Source: Fimicolochytrium jonesii
Lineage: Eukaryota
Length of the DNA: 64,000 nucleotides
Assembly: GCF_025526975.1 (NCBI RefSeq)
Contig: NW_026515678.1
Span: 434,001 to 498,000, forward strand
Reading direction: 5' to 3'
Below the pieces are notes generated by a model. It saw only the letters and a program-made list of their open reading frames with translations, had not been told where the DNA came from and searched no databases. Positions 25,518 to 37,911 of the stretch are shown piece after piece. The translations under genes were made by a program, and so were the position numbers. Each line of letters starts with the position of its first letter. Within the stretch, counting starts at the first letter, position 1.

Positions 25518-26075
25518 GTCTGCAATTGCTTGGGGCAAGTGGCGATGGACAGAGGGCGGGAGCTCGAATCGTGGGGTTTGCAATGGTGTGGCTGGCAGAC
25601 ATATGGGCAATTGCTGGGTAACCAGAGCAACCTTCCTCCTCTTCTGCCGTGGTGTGGTTGCTCCAGTAAATATGCACCACCACAGGTGCCCCTGGAGCGC
25701 CTGGTGTGATGACATGTTGGCTGTGCTGTGCCGAGACAGGTGTTGCAGGTGATTGCCGTGATGGCTGTGTGTCAAAGAACTTGCGTCAGTGCTGTGGTAA
25801 AGATTGCGGAGAGCAGGAAGGATTTACAGCCTGGCGCAGTCGTGGCGCAGTTGTGGCTTGTCGCCGCATCTCCAAGACCACGCTCTCCTCCTCTCAAACG
25901 AAACGTCAAGCGCTCGCAGCTCACGCAACTCACGCAGAGCACACTCTGAGCATGGAAACGTCTCGACGACAGCCCCCTCACCCCTGGCCAGCGCCCACCT
26001 CCTTCCAGCTCAAGCCCGGCAACTCACGCAGAGCAAGCGCATTTGAGCATGGAAACGTCAAGCAAGGTGAGTGGC

Positions 26076-26264
26076 CGCTGGCTGTTGACCGCCTGGGCTG
26101 GCGGTCCATATGGAGCACGACCGCCGCTTGCGGGAGGTCGACCTGCATGGGCCGTGCTGTCTGGGCGTCTCCGCTGGGTGTTGGCCGCCTGGGCTCGCGG
26201 TCCATGTTGAGCACGACCGCCGCTTGCGGGAGGTCGACCTGCATGGGCCGTGCTGCCTGAGCGT
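26076..26264. repeat. ~96-bp tandem duplication inside the Fanzor element
   Basis: 'GCCTGGGCT.GCGGTCCAT.T.GAGCACGACCGCCGCTTGCGGGAGGTCGACCTGCATGGGCCGTGCTG' occurs twice. Confidence 0.85.
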
Positions 26265-26294
26265 GTTTGCTATACGCTGATCTCACGGGCTGAG

Positions 26295-26803
26295 ATGCTA
26301 ACACCTTCCCTTCCCCCCTTCCCCTCTACCGCGCCGCAGGCCACGCCCCCGGTCGCACCCACCGCGGTCGAGGCTCTTCTGATGGGCATGGGCGAGACCT
26401 GCGCCACAGCTATCTTCGGCGACACGGTGGCCTTTTTGTATCCGCTGCTGGTAGACGCCGGCCTTGCCGCCCGGGACGCCAGCCTAGAAGACAAGGCCAA
26501 GGCGATTGGCCTTTTTTCACAGAAGATCAAGCAAGACAACCCCACCCTTGCTTTTTATATGGCCTTGATCCGTGGAACATGAGCATGGTGGAGGCCGCTG
26601 AACAGGTGCGCGCACCAAGTGGCACGGTCCTGGTGATTGCTGGCACATCGTTGGCGGAAGGGCCCACACAGACACTAGTCAAGAAACTCGCGAACAAGGT
26701 CCGGGAGGTAATCAACATCAACAGGCGACGGTTGACTGTCGACCTCGAACGTGCCTTATATATGCTGGGGGACATCGAAGACTTCTTCGGCAACCCCGAG
26801 TGA
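26295..26803 (+). pseudogene. Cargo ORF pair; second part resembles a sirtuin (SIR2) C-terminal Rossmann segment
   Basis: 'VLVIAGTSL...LVKKLANKVREVININ...LGDIEDF' resembles sirtuin GTSL / IN / GD motifs. Out of frame with upstream ORF 26250-26582. Confidence 0.4.
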
Positions 26804-27157
26804 CCCCGAGTGACCCGGGGTCATCTGAAGAAATGGCTAGTGTAGCGTGGGTAGCGTGTAGCAGTAGGTAGCGTGGCGAACGTCGTGGCAGTAGCGATGA
26901 AGCCCCTTTTGTATTACCGTGGCCTGTGGCGTGGCAGTAGCGATGAAGTCCTTCTGTTGATAAAAGTTAAGCATGGATAGCGTAGCGGGCTAGCGTGGCA
27001 TAGCAGTAGCAAGGAAAGAAAAGCTCTGTTGATAAATATGGTACAATCGCGCGGCAGCTACCCTACTTTCAGTTCCCGTATACAGCAGCTGCAAATAATA
27101 GGGCGGGGTGAGCCCGAATATACCTCTCGAAGGCGTCGCTTGACCATCGAGCGCCCC

Positions 27158-27370
27158 TCATATGGTACAGTACCTCTCTGTGTCACTCTTTACGGAAGAA
27201 ACTGTCAAAACTGTCAAAATCCTCCAACGCCTTCCCCCTGCTCTTGCTCTCTCGAGACTCAACACCATCTCCTGGACGATGCACGTACGGCAAAATAGGT
27301 GCCCGCACGGCCCGTTGTAGTTGGCAGGGTTGATCATACAGATCGGGCAAGTTGGACCGCCGTTCGGCAT
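27158..27370 (-). CDS. Small RING-finger-like cargo ORF
   Basis: CPIC..PCGHLFCRTC C3HC4-type motif; the final Cys pair is not clearly present in frame. Confidence 0.55.
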   Translation of the reverse strand: MPNGGPTCPICMINPANYNGPCGHLFCRTCIVQEMVLSLERARAGGRRWRILTVLTVSSVKSDTERYCTI

Positions 27371-28459
27371 CTTGATGGATTGGTTGGATTTGGGTGTCGG
27401 AAAGAGAGAGTGTGTTGTTGATTGGAATGGAGTTGAGAGCGGGAGTTGGACAGGCTGACTTTTGGACAGCTCGAGTCGGGGGAGTGTTGTGCAGAGACGC
27501 GAACTATCCTGTCAGTTGCTGTCATTGCGTAAGCAGACGCGTAAGCAGTCTGGTCACGGTCAGAGAGACAAAGACCCCGACGCCAGAGTCCGGAGTATAT
27601 AGACATACAACAAGTAATACATTAAGACCAGTAATGGTTCTACTCTTCATCGGCTACTTCCCAGTAATAACTCAACAAGATACGACCTCGCACGGTGGCC
27701 ATATGCGTTGTTAGTCTCAACCGGCCTCGCTCGTTGGTTCTTTTTCAACTTGTTTAATGGTGCTTTGGTGAACTTCCGCATCCTGCACGTCTTCCAAGTC
27801 CTCCACTATGCTATCGTCGTCCCTCGGGGCGTCACCATCGTCCAGACCATCTGCAGCGGCGGCCTCTGTGGTCTTTATATGCGTGTCTTTGACAGTTTTC
27901 TCGTAGGATATTCCCACCCGAATGCAACGGTACCTGCCCTGATCCATAGTACCATAATACAGGAAGGGCCGTTTTTTGAGGCTTGTGCTGCAACGGAGAT
28001 TCCTCACAGTGCCGTCAGTATCCAAGAATCCGACATGTTCGCCTGACTTGGTGCATCCGCCAAATTGTGTTGTGCGAACATCAAAGCCTGATATGAAATG
28101 AAGATGCCCACACCCCAGATCCCACCCGTAAAGAAGCAAAGAACGTAGAAGTTTCCGAGAGTTGTCACGCCTGAGGAAAAGAGGGCATATGTACGGTAAC
28201 AGTTTCAACCTCGGTGATCCCGAATGGCAGCTCTTGAAACAGGTGAAAGCTACCTATCAAGTGCGCCAACGTGACGCCCACGCTCAATGTTTAAGCTCGG
28301 AAAAGGTGATACTCCGACGGGGACCATATGTCACGAGAACCAAAAATCGTAGTCAGTGATTTTCAATACATATCATTAATTTGCATCAGGCGCTAGCTCA
28401 CCATTGCGTCCTTGAAGAATGCTGAAGTGTACGGCTAGGTTCAGATGGCAGCAGGTGTG

Positions 28460-28706
28460 CGCGGGGCGGAAACCGAAGGTCCCATCACACATAGGCGACG
28501 GTCCGTCCCTATGGCTAGCCCGTTGCCGAACGATGGGATCGCCGTTTCCCAGCTACCACTGTCCTTTATATGCCGTTGCTCGGCTGGATCACGGTTGCGT
28601 ACAGGTTATGCGCAGGGCGGAAACCGAAGGTCCCATCACACATAGGCAACGGCGTAAGATCCGTCCCTATGGCTAGCCCATTGCCGAACGATGGGATCGC
28701 CGTTGC
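28460..28706. repeat. Subterminal direct repeat (~90 bp x2)
   Basis: 'GGGCGGAAACCGAAGGTCCCATCACACATAGGC..TCCGTCCCTATGGCTAGCCC.TTGCCGAACGATGGGATCGCCGTT' at ~28463 and ~28615. Confidence 0.85.
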
Positions 28707-28762
28707 CCCGCCGCAATCGTCCACACCGGCAGAAAACTATTACTCTGCATTGTAGAGCACTG

Positions 28763-29333
28763 TCGGATGAACACGTTGATTGAAACGAGCACGCAAAACA
28801 TCCACACCCCGTCCTGGTGCAATCAACTAACCTGAGTCACCGTTCAATGATCGGACCCAGGGCGGCCTAGTTCCTTAGTGTGAAGCGGTCAAGCCCAGGG
28901 TAGGGGCGCGCGCGTAGATGCAGCGCGGTAAGGAGACCCGATCAGTTCAGAAACGGAGGAGACGGAGGTAATCCGGAAAGAGATGATCTACGACTGTGCA
29001 TGGGAGGGAGGAGAACAATGAGACAAGGCATTCCCGTGATGTTCCCACGCGTGTCGGATGGAGATTTGTGCGCAGACGGGAAGATGTTTTACCTTCACCC
29101 TCGAACCGCTCTACCACCGTTCCTGCCTTTCGAATAGCATGGCGTTGGTCTATCAGGTGAGGGATGGTGTGTATGAAGCAGGACAGTGGGAAGGTGGTGC
29201 TTACCGGGAGATCAGCATCGGCGAACAAAGCCTTCCCATAAGAGACTCCGCGGACATGGGACGCGTAGGTTTTGCGTGGAGTTGGAAGGAAACGGAGAGC
29301 CGCAAGGGGCGTTTGAATTGCTGTTGCTGCCAT
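28763..29333 (-). pseudogene. SET-domain gene, N-terminal half
   Basis: ATG 29333, 'YGKALFADADLP|intron|AGTVVERFEGE' matches the SET N-terminal GxGLFA..DI..G....Y.GE pattern. Same strand as the C-terminal half at 10966-11660; middle exons unresolved. Confidence 0.7.
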
Positions 29334-29537
29334 TCTAGGGATGGCTAGGGACTGCTAGGGATGGTTATGGTTGATGGGGGGGACGACGATGGGATTGAGA
29401 ATGTCACGGCGTCCTGCTCTGCGTCCAGCTCTGCGTCCTGCTTCCGCAGTTCAAAACGTCGTCCGCGTCTCTTTTCTCGGTTGTTCTCCACTCTCACTTA
29501 CATGAATAACCTAGTTTAGCAGCACTAATATACGACA

Positions 29538-31570
29538 ATGTCGGAAGCTGCTTTGAACATAAGACGCAACGCCGAGGAGTTGAAGGTTCATGTCCTCTGT
29601 AGTGTTGCTGACTTTGGGACGCTTAACTCATAGAGCAGCTTATGCAGGAATACCTTCGCGATCTACAGTCGTGGGAAAATGACATCAAAGAGAAGGACAA
29701 GTCTGCGAAGAAGCTTGCTCGACCTACGAAGGTGGAAGGACAGGTGCTCTATCTAGCGGTTTCGTCGAATGAGTGGACTGTAACATTCGGCCCATAGAAT
29801 CTCCCGCCAGTTCGCGGGCAACCAGCAGCAGACGAAAGTCGCACACCAGCTGGAATGATAGGCGCAACCAACGAAGAACTGAAGAGCGTTGCGAAGGAAG
29901 AGAAGATAAAGGCGTACGACTATCGGTCTTGGGACAAGTTTGATGTGGTTAGTACCATCACTGTGCACAGACCGTTTACGTTGCACCCATATTGATAGGT
30001 CGCGCAGGACAAGGCACCAGGCGAGATAGATGCCCCACCGACAGCGAAGTCGAACGAGCAGCCATCATCCATTACCCCAATAGAAGATGAGGAAACAAAT
30101 CTGGAGAAGGCACTGTTGGAGAAGGAAAAGGTTGGGCATCGGTCACAGTTTCGCTGCAAGTGGGATGCTCTGCTCATCATGGACTCTCTCAACCGTGCAG
30201 GGCAATGCCTGGTTCAAAAAGGGACAGTACGAGAAAGCGATATCATGTTATACCAAGAGCATGCGTCTAGATCCCTCGAGCCCAATCATGCCTGTGAATC
30301 GGGCAATGGCGTACCTGAAGCTGAACAGGTGAGGCCTACTTTTTCTGTTCATTTTCAGATGTACCATGTGGCTGACAACACCTGTCAGATTCGCGGAGGC
30401 GGAAGCGGACTGTAGCCAAGGGCTGAATTCAGACCCAAAGAATGTGAAAGCGTTGTGGCGGAGGGGCATTGCGCGGAGAGAACTGAAGAAGCTGAATCTG
30501 GCAAAGCAGGGTATGTCGGGAACTCTGGAAGAGTTCTCATTAAGAGAAAGCTAACAATGTCGCGACTTAGACCTAGAAAGCGCGTTGGTCCTGGAACCGA
30601 CGAACAAATCGGTGAAAGACGAGATGAACACTGTGATGGGGCTCATCAGGAGTAGCACCGCCAAGCCACCAAGTAGCACTTCGAGCACGGCGAAACCATC
30701 AGCACCCACGCAACCGACGAGACGAAGGTTGCACATCGAGGAAGTGGGCGAAGAAGATGACAGCGATCAGCCGATTCTCTTGACCCCAGCTGCTGGCAAA
30801 AAGGCGCGAACGGAAGCCCCGAAGCCTGCCAGCACTGAAATATCGGGGCCCAAGGCAGTTCTTCCCACCGCTGCCACCAAACCGTCATCACCAAGCAAAA
30901 ACATATCCGGTAACGTGAAGCTTGCCCAGTCAACGCCCCGGACATTGTCCCCGATACCCGCAAAGAAAGCAGAATACGCTGTCCCCAAAAGCATGTACGA
31001 GTTTGAGCGGGATTGGAAGTCGCTGAAGAATGATGCAGATGCAATCTACACGTATCTGAAGGTATGGACGCAGACGGCTTGGCCTTCATACCGGATAAAA
31101 GACTGATGATGTTGACTTTGATGATCTAGGCAATCGATCCAAAAGATTACAACCGTATATTCAAGAGCTCCCTCGAGAGCAACTACCTGTCTAAGATAAT
31201 AGAGGTGCTGCATACCCATTTCCGCAGGTAAGAAGTCACTTCACAGCCAAGCATCGTTCTGTGTAGAAGATCTCTCATCTCCTGCGGGTTGAACAGAGAC
31301 AATGACTACAATGTTGCGTTCGGGATGCTGAAGAATCTGTCACAACTTCCTCGGTTCAACATGACCGTCATGTTCCTGTCGAGGAAAGAGAAGCAAAGTA
31401 GGTGTCTTCCCCCACTTGGCCGAACAGCGCTGTGAATTGTGCTTTGTTGCTGACGCTGTCTCTGCTTTGTAGTGGTCACCGAGGTGATCGCGTGGCTTTC
31501 GTCACGAGAAGATGCCGGGGCAACTTACACCCTAAACGATGTCACCGAAGTTGCAAAGGCGTACAAATAA
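29538..31570 (+). CDS. RPAP3: RNA polymerase II-associated protein 3 (TPR + RPAP3_C), multi-exon
   Basis: IKAYDYRSWDKFD motif, TPRs 'GNAWFKKGQYEKAISCY...NRAMAYLK', C-terminal 'PKSMYEFERDWK' and 'RFNMTVMFLS'. Confidence 0.85.
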
Positions 31571-31613
31571 TGATCACGCGTCGCCTCGCCGGGTCGCCAT
31601 ACGTCTGAAGTGG

Positions 31614-33413
31614 TCATATTGGGACCGGTATTGTATTCAGGACATCACCAATGATATCCAACCCCGACAACCCCTTGAACCGCTGGCGAACATCGAGGGG
31701 CACGTATATTGAGTGATGTGCCGGGGTCAGGCGATGACCGAGTACCTTGTCGGTCATGGCAATGACATGATCGGGAGTTATGGATTGGTTGCCGGATATG
31801 AGGGCCAGCAGGCTTCAATAGTTGGGAAGAGTCGTTAGAGAACGAGGAAAGGGGTGGGAGTAACAGACGACGTCATAATGGTTGCCTACCGAGCCGCGTA
31901 CATGAGATCCGTTCCGCATTTAGGCGAGACCCCGGCGCCTACGGATGGGTGGTTTCGTAGTGCCGTAATGAGGTCCCGGAGATAGGAGTGCACGTCGGCG
32001 TGCATGTAGACGAAAGATGCGCTCTGGGTCATTCGTTCGAAGTCCTATAATTGTAACCCCATGACCCAGTTATGGATTGTTGAATAGGAAGGATATGATG
32101 TTTGATCCTTCACTTACGTCGAATCTCAGTAATGGCACTTTGAGTGGATACGTGACGATGCATCGATAGGGTGGAGCTGCGAGAGTATGGCAGAGGAAGA
32201 ACTTGTCTAGCTGTGACCATGTGTGTTAGTTGGCCGATACTTGCTCAGGAGCATATGTGCAGCAACTCACCAATTGTTGGGGTATCGCTTGCTCGCGAGC
32301 GGATGGGGATGTTATCCCAATGATGAGGAATGGGTTCGGGCATGGGAACACCGAGTTCCGATCCGTCACTTGTCCTCGTTCTATCACCTGTGTGAAGGGT
32401 TGATCAGAAGTCGCAACGTGGAGTCGCATGACTCTGCATTCCTTACTTCATGCAAAGCGCTGTAAACAGATCTACTAGCAGCATCTATCCCCTCAACAAT
32501 AACCACATTCGGCAGCTGCTTCGGACCCCCCAACGAAGTGTGCGACTCTGGCGGCGTCGTATCCCCTCCTCCAGTCATCAGCGGGAACAACATGGGCCTC
32601 GACCCCGCCGTCGCCGCAGCGCGCGTATGGCTGCGTGCGGATCGATATGGAACTCCGATTGATGAATGCATGGAGGAATGCACGGAGGTTTCGAGGGGTT
32701 CGGAGGTGTCTGATCGCAAGGATGTCTGCCGCATGTGCGAGCCCGAAAGAGATTTCTACGAATCAAACATCAAGCAATCTGTGGATTAGACGAATAGACA
32801 TCAGAGTCTCTCCCTCGCCAGTGCCCAGATGCCAAGCACATGGCTTACCATTACGTCGCGATCATCCTCCGATGTTCCACGAGACAGATGGCCTGGCTGT
32901 GCTAGTTTCCGAGAGGTGCTGGACATGGGTGTGCCGGTGCCCCCATTGATGTCCCCGCGACCTCTGTAGAGTAAGGAGGACAGGAACTCGACGTGGGAAA
33001 GTGGACGGTCGGGCCGGTCGACTTGAACGTGAGTGACACTGAAGTTGAAGATGTATGACAATAGCTGTGGCCGAGTTTTTCGTAAGCAGGGTATACCCGA
33101 TAAGGCAGGGGCATTCTTGCCTTCCGTCCCAGACGGCCCTCACCTGCTCCAAAGTCCTCCGAAGCTCCCTTGTCACCTCCGGCTTGATGGACACCAACAT
33201 CGCGCGTTGCCCCGACAACAACGCTATGAATATGGTCACCAGCAGCTCCTCCGTAGGTTGCGACCCACTAGATCCAGCCTGGTACATTCGAGGGGTCCCG
33301 GTGCCTGAAGACCTTGCAGAGGATAAGTTGCCCGTCAGCGTCGGACGGATAACATCGAGGACTTCTTGTAGGAATGAGCGGGAACTTTGCCCGAACTTGG
33401 TTCCAGCGGACAT
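31614..33413 (-). CDS. Fungal Mtc2-like / MoxR-ChlI AAA-lid protein, multi-exon
   Basis: 'LPNVVIVEGIDAA..VYSALHE', 'VYMHADVHSYLRDLITALRNHP..GVSP', 'ITPDHV..VLGHRL' typical of an AAA lid. Confidence 0.65.
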
Positions 33414-33846
33414 GCTGAGTGGCTCTATCGGCTTCGACTTTGATACGAGCAGCGTTCAGATCCCCGCCTTCCGCTCGGGTTGGCAAAGCTGTTTGTTGGA
33501 GTGCTGTTTAGGTGACTGGAGTTTGAGCAGTTGGGCCCTGAGGCAGCGCGTTTGACGGTTTAAGCGCTGCAGTGAGATGTGTCATGCTTTCTGTGTTGTC
33601 CCTCAAGGAGCCTCTTCGCCTTCTTCGGCCCCGTCTTGGCGCTCAACTCCGAAGGGCGACCAACGCCAATCTTGCTCTGCTGCCGCAGCTGGTCTGCGTG
33701 GTTTGCTAGTATCTGGTCAGGTCGAGCGCTTGTGTTCGCTACGTTTCAGTCAAGAGAGCAAAGAAGGCCTCGCTGCCATCATAAACCTTCGACAAGCCTG
33801 GGAACGAACAAGTTAGGGCGCAAGTGCCTACAAAAAAAAAGCGAAA

Positions 33847-34768
33847 ATGCTGGTCCCTATTCTCAATGTGCAGTCCATGACAAAGGAAGAGTTCAAGAAG
33901 ATGGTTGACGAGGTCAGCATCGTGATCCCAATATCACTCATCTTACACGCGCACGTCAATAACCGGTCTTTGGTCTGGGACTCTTCTCCCTCGCAGATAG
34001 ACAAAGCCGTTTCCAGCCCTTTCGTCCAGTCAGTCGAAAAGAAAGTGGGCGTTCACAAATTTCACATGCTGGGCATATTGATAGTCCTGGGCGCTATCGT
34101 TGGGATGTGCATCAATAATGTACATGCGGATTTCATCACCGATTTGATTGGATTTGTGATTCCGGCGTTCCTGAGTGCAAAGACGGTTGGCGATAAGAAG
34201 CAGCATGAGCAGTGGGTGGGGTATTGGTAAGTCTATAGGTGAGGGGATGCGAGCTTTGCCTAGCTTGCTGTACTGATTTTGCCCTTAACATCACAGGGTG
34301 GTTTTTGGTTTCCTTGATCTCCTCGAATACGCCATCGAAGCCGTACTCAGCGTATTCCCGTTCTACTACACCTTCAAGCTCGTCCTCATCCTCTGGCTCA
34401 TTGCGCCGAAATCCAACGGAGGGGCCGTCATCTACAACACCGTGCTAAAGCCCCTCTTACCAAAGCTCGAATCGCTGGGCAAGAAACCCAAAGCAGAAGG
34501 CGACCATGCCGCGCCTGCCGCCGAAGGCGCCCACGGGCCAGCCAAATCTGATCATGGGGGCGGTGGGAAGAAGGACGCTCATGGAGACCACGGGAAGAAA
34601 GATGCTCATGGAGGCCATGGGAAGTCGGAAAAGAAAGATGACCACGGGTCAAAGGACGGTGGCCACGGACACGGCGATGCGCATGGAAAGGAGGGGCACG
34701 GCGATGCAAAGGCGAAGGACGGTGGGAAGGACACGAGGATAAAGTGGGGTTATGTAAAATTGAAATAG
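33847..34768 (+). CDS. YOP1: TB2/DP1/HVA22 (Yop1/REEP) ER-shaping protein with His/Gly/Lys-rich tail
   Basis: 'LIGFVIPAFLS...QWVGYW|VVFG..LE...FPFYYTFKLVLILWL..P..GG.VIY..VLKP'. Confidence 0.8.
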
Positions 34769-34981
34769 ATGATAGTTTCCATTTGGTATTCTCGTATGTA
34801 CGCATCTGATATAGGTAGTATCGATACTTTCCTATGATGTCGGTCTGCAAGCTCTAGAGATTCTTCCTACCCTGTCTTGCAATTACACCATTCCCGTATG
34901 GTACTCCGTAAATATAGGTATCAATACCATTCCGGGCCGGCTTCGGGACTCCGCACTGACACTCATCGCTACTCTATTTAG

Positions 34982-36096
34982 TTAAGGGCCGAAAGAAATG
35001 AAAACAAGCAGTAAGACGAACATGACGATGAAGGTCTTCACATCCCCTTTGGCGGCCGAACGATTGCCCTTCTTCCCAGCATCCCGGACAAGCATGACAT
35101 CCCCCTTCTTGAAGTGGCTAAACGTCCTGTTGTGGTACTGCTTCGAACTGATCGGAACCCACAGTTGTTTTGCAGTAAACCGCGGACCAAACCGATGGTC
35201 CATGCTTTGAGACACCCTCGTTATGGCGATGCTCTCCGGTAACCCATCCATCTCGTCGCGCAGCCGTTGCACTGTCTCGGAAAGACGTTCGTTTGCGGGC
35301 GCCAGGAGTGCGCCGTGCAGATAGGCGTTGGGGCGGGACAGGTTGTAGTCGTTGAGGTAGACCAGCAGTTCCACCAGTTCTCCATCGTCTTTACGTTTGG
35401 TTTCAATTGGATTTGGCACAGGTGCAGCCTGACCCAAAGGTTTCAACGTCTGTGCCGACTCCTGATTGACAACTCCGGATGTCCGTTTCGTTATCGTCGG
35501 GGGTTGCCTCTTCTCCGGCACCACAGGAACAGAGATCCCCGAATTCTGTTCCGAATACAGCGCGGCAATTGGCGGGCTGGCCAAATAACTCGGCACAAAC
35601 GCCTTCCCTTCGGTCTCTTCCTCCTTCAGCGTGGCGCTTTCGCCTCTCCCAACGCCGGCGCCCAACAACTCCTTCACCTCCGCCCCTTTGGCGAGATCGA
35701 CTGGCAGCTCCCCTTTTGCGTTCTTCACACTGGCATCTGCGCCGTACTGGAGGAGTAGTCTCACGGCACCCGGCTGGTCACGTTTTGCTGCCCAGTGCAA
35801 GGCGGTCCATTGGTTGACTTTGTTGACTGCGTTCGGGTTGGTGCCTGCTTGGAGGTAATGGGTGCATTTGTCCAGAAGACCGACTGCCGCTGCTTCACGA
35901 AGAGCCTGAGGGTTGGAACGCAAGCAAATTAAACATACTGAGGTCAAGGATTCGCAGGCTCCACCAGCGAAAAGAACCACACTGCCCTCAGTGGCCGGCA
36001 AAGTTAGCTGCACACCCTGGATGCGCCTAGCCGCCAGCTCTACAATACAACACAGCGCCTACATACCTCCTCCCGAGGGTCTTCGATGTTAGTCAT
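34982..36096 (-). CDS. Ankyrin-repeat protein, ANKRD40-like, C-terminal hydrophobic anchor
   Basis: 'EE|ALREAAAVG...NAVNKVNQWTALHWAAKR', 'FVPSYLASP'. First exon ATG at 36096. Confidence 0.75.
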
Positions 36097-36349
36097 GTGT
36101 ACTGTTCTTGTGTTGGACGTCGGCCAAAAATTCTGAGCTGTTTGGGAATTGGACTGGCGCTGGAAACTTAGAAAGCGTCCTGGAAAGCGTCACTAATCAA
36201 TTTGCGAACTCCGTCAAAGAGGGAAGAGTGAGCATCAGAGTGAGCATTTGACATCGGCATTGCACGCAGACTCACGCCGAAGACAGCGTTGTGCGGAACA
36301 CACTCCCCGTAGTACGCAACTACGCAGAGAACATAGCGAACTAGGGAAT

Positions 36350-37610
36350 ATGTCCACCTCCTCGCACCCATCCACCCCTCAACAGTGGTGCGCCAGCAAA
36401 TACCTCATCGCCCAAGATGCCCCCTTCGACGCGGTGCTCATCGTTCTAAACCAGCCCATTGGCGCAAAGGAAGCGTTCTGGAGGATATGGAAGAACAGTA
36501 TGCACTCCCTGGCGTTGTGTTCCGGGGAGAATTGTTTATGCTGTTACTGATCGATTGCAGTGGGTACCGTTTGAATGTATAGCTGCAGCCCATGTTTGTG
36601 CGGATGGAGGGGCGAACCGGTTGTATGACGCTTTTGTCGACGAGGGGGAACGGTCAAAGTGAGGCTTGTTTGATCGTGTTCTGTGAGTAGTCAGTGGATA
36701 TGGGTTGAACTCATCGGTCGGATGCAGATACATTCCTGATTTTATATGCGGGGATTTCGATTCCCTCCGGTCGGAAGTGAAACAATGGTATGAGCGGAAG
36801 GTATGAACCATCCGCAATGTTTCCATCGCATGCACCGCCCTGAACTCAAAGGATTGGCAGGGAACCCAAACCCTCCACATCACCGACCAAGAAACTACCG
36901 ACCTCCAAAAATGCTTCGAGCTCATCCGCCGACAAGTGGAAGGAGGCCAACAACGCGATCCCTCCCCCCCTGCCTCCCCAACAGCCACCTCATCAACCGG
37001 CCAGAAACTCTCCCGCCTGTTCTTCCCGCACTGTCTCGGGCCGACAATGGTATCTGCGGCATCGCAGCCATCGCAGCCATCGCAGCAGCGGCCGTTACTG
37101 GATGTGATTGTGTGGGGAGCGCTTAGTGGACGCTTTGACCATGTCATGTCGGGGGTGCATACGTTATTTATGGTGGAACCGCAGAGGAGGGTGTATTTGA
37201 TGTCGCCGGAGAGTTTTGCGGTTTTGTTGAAGGCGGTGAGTGCTACGTTGAGGTTGTTGTGAAGGTTGGATTTCGACTCATGCATATGTTGTATGTAGGG
37301 CACGCATGAGATACCCTGCAGTCGCGCCCTTGAAGGCCCGACCTGCGGGCTCATTCCCATCGGCGTCTCGTCGGTGCGAACGATCACATCTGGGCTGAAA
37401 TGGAATCTTGGTATGTCCTCCCTGAACTGTTGCAACGATCTAGTGTTCTTCCTCAACCCGCTCCGTCTCTCAGACCGCACAAAACCTCTTGCATTTGGAA
37501 CTCTGGTCAGCACCTCCAACGCTTTTGAGGAGTCTGATGAGCCGGTTGTTATTGTGAACATCGAGACCGATGGGCCGGTACTTTGGACTACTGAGGTGGC
37601 GCTGCATTGA
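36350..37610 (+). CDS. TPK1: Thiamine pyrophosphokinase, multi-exon
   Basis: LIVLNQP, CADGGANRLYD, GDFDSL, DQETTDL.KC, GALSGRFDH, GLIPIG, GLKWNL, FGTLVSTSN. Confidence 0.92.
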
Positions 37611-37911
37611 TTACGGAGGCTTTGGCTTCCTACCGTATGTGGGAGATTAGGCGTAGCAGGTGCCGGGAATGGGGTTCTAGTGCACCACGGGATGGCTGCA
37701 TGCAGGGTGAGCTTGTTCAAGTTTTAGAAAGTTACTCCTGACTTTACGGGATAACCAACCCCGCAACCTGGAGCGAGAGCAGTCGAGCGTATTCAAAAAT
37801 TGTGCATAACCGTTTCGTACGAGGAATCTATAATTTACAATATACAAACGAAAAAGAAACAAAAAATCAAAGACATACTCTCTGGACAATGATGATTCCA
37901 AGTGAAACCGC

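Larger units (their letters stand above)
11661..28762 (-). mobile_element. Fanzor1-carrying element with 10-bp terminal inverted repeats and cargo ORFs (~5.2 kb after removing nested LTR elements)
   Basis: CAGTGCTCTA at 11661-11670 and TAGAGCACTG at 28753-28762. The interval lies between the two halves of a SET gene, and the Fanzor stop is ~150 bp from one terminus. Subterminal tandem repeats at 28460-28706. No TSD of 3 bp or more and no transposase seen. Confidence 0.6.

Noticed and set aside
37290..37330. Possible TPP riboswitch in the thiamine pyrophosphokinase gene (TGAGATACCC)
   Set aside because: The sequence is coding (HEIP) and the remaining aptamer consensus is absent.
36536..37720. 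394-aa minus-strand ORF
   Set aside because: Antisense to the well-supported TPK1 exons; no motifs.
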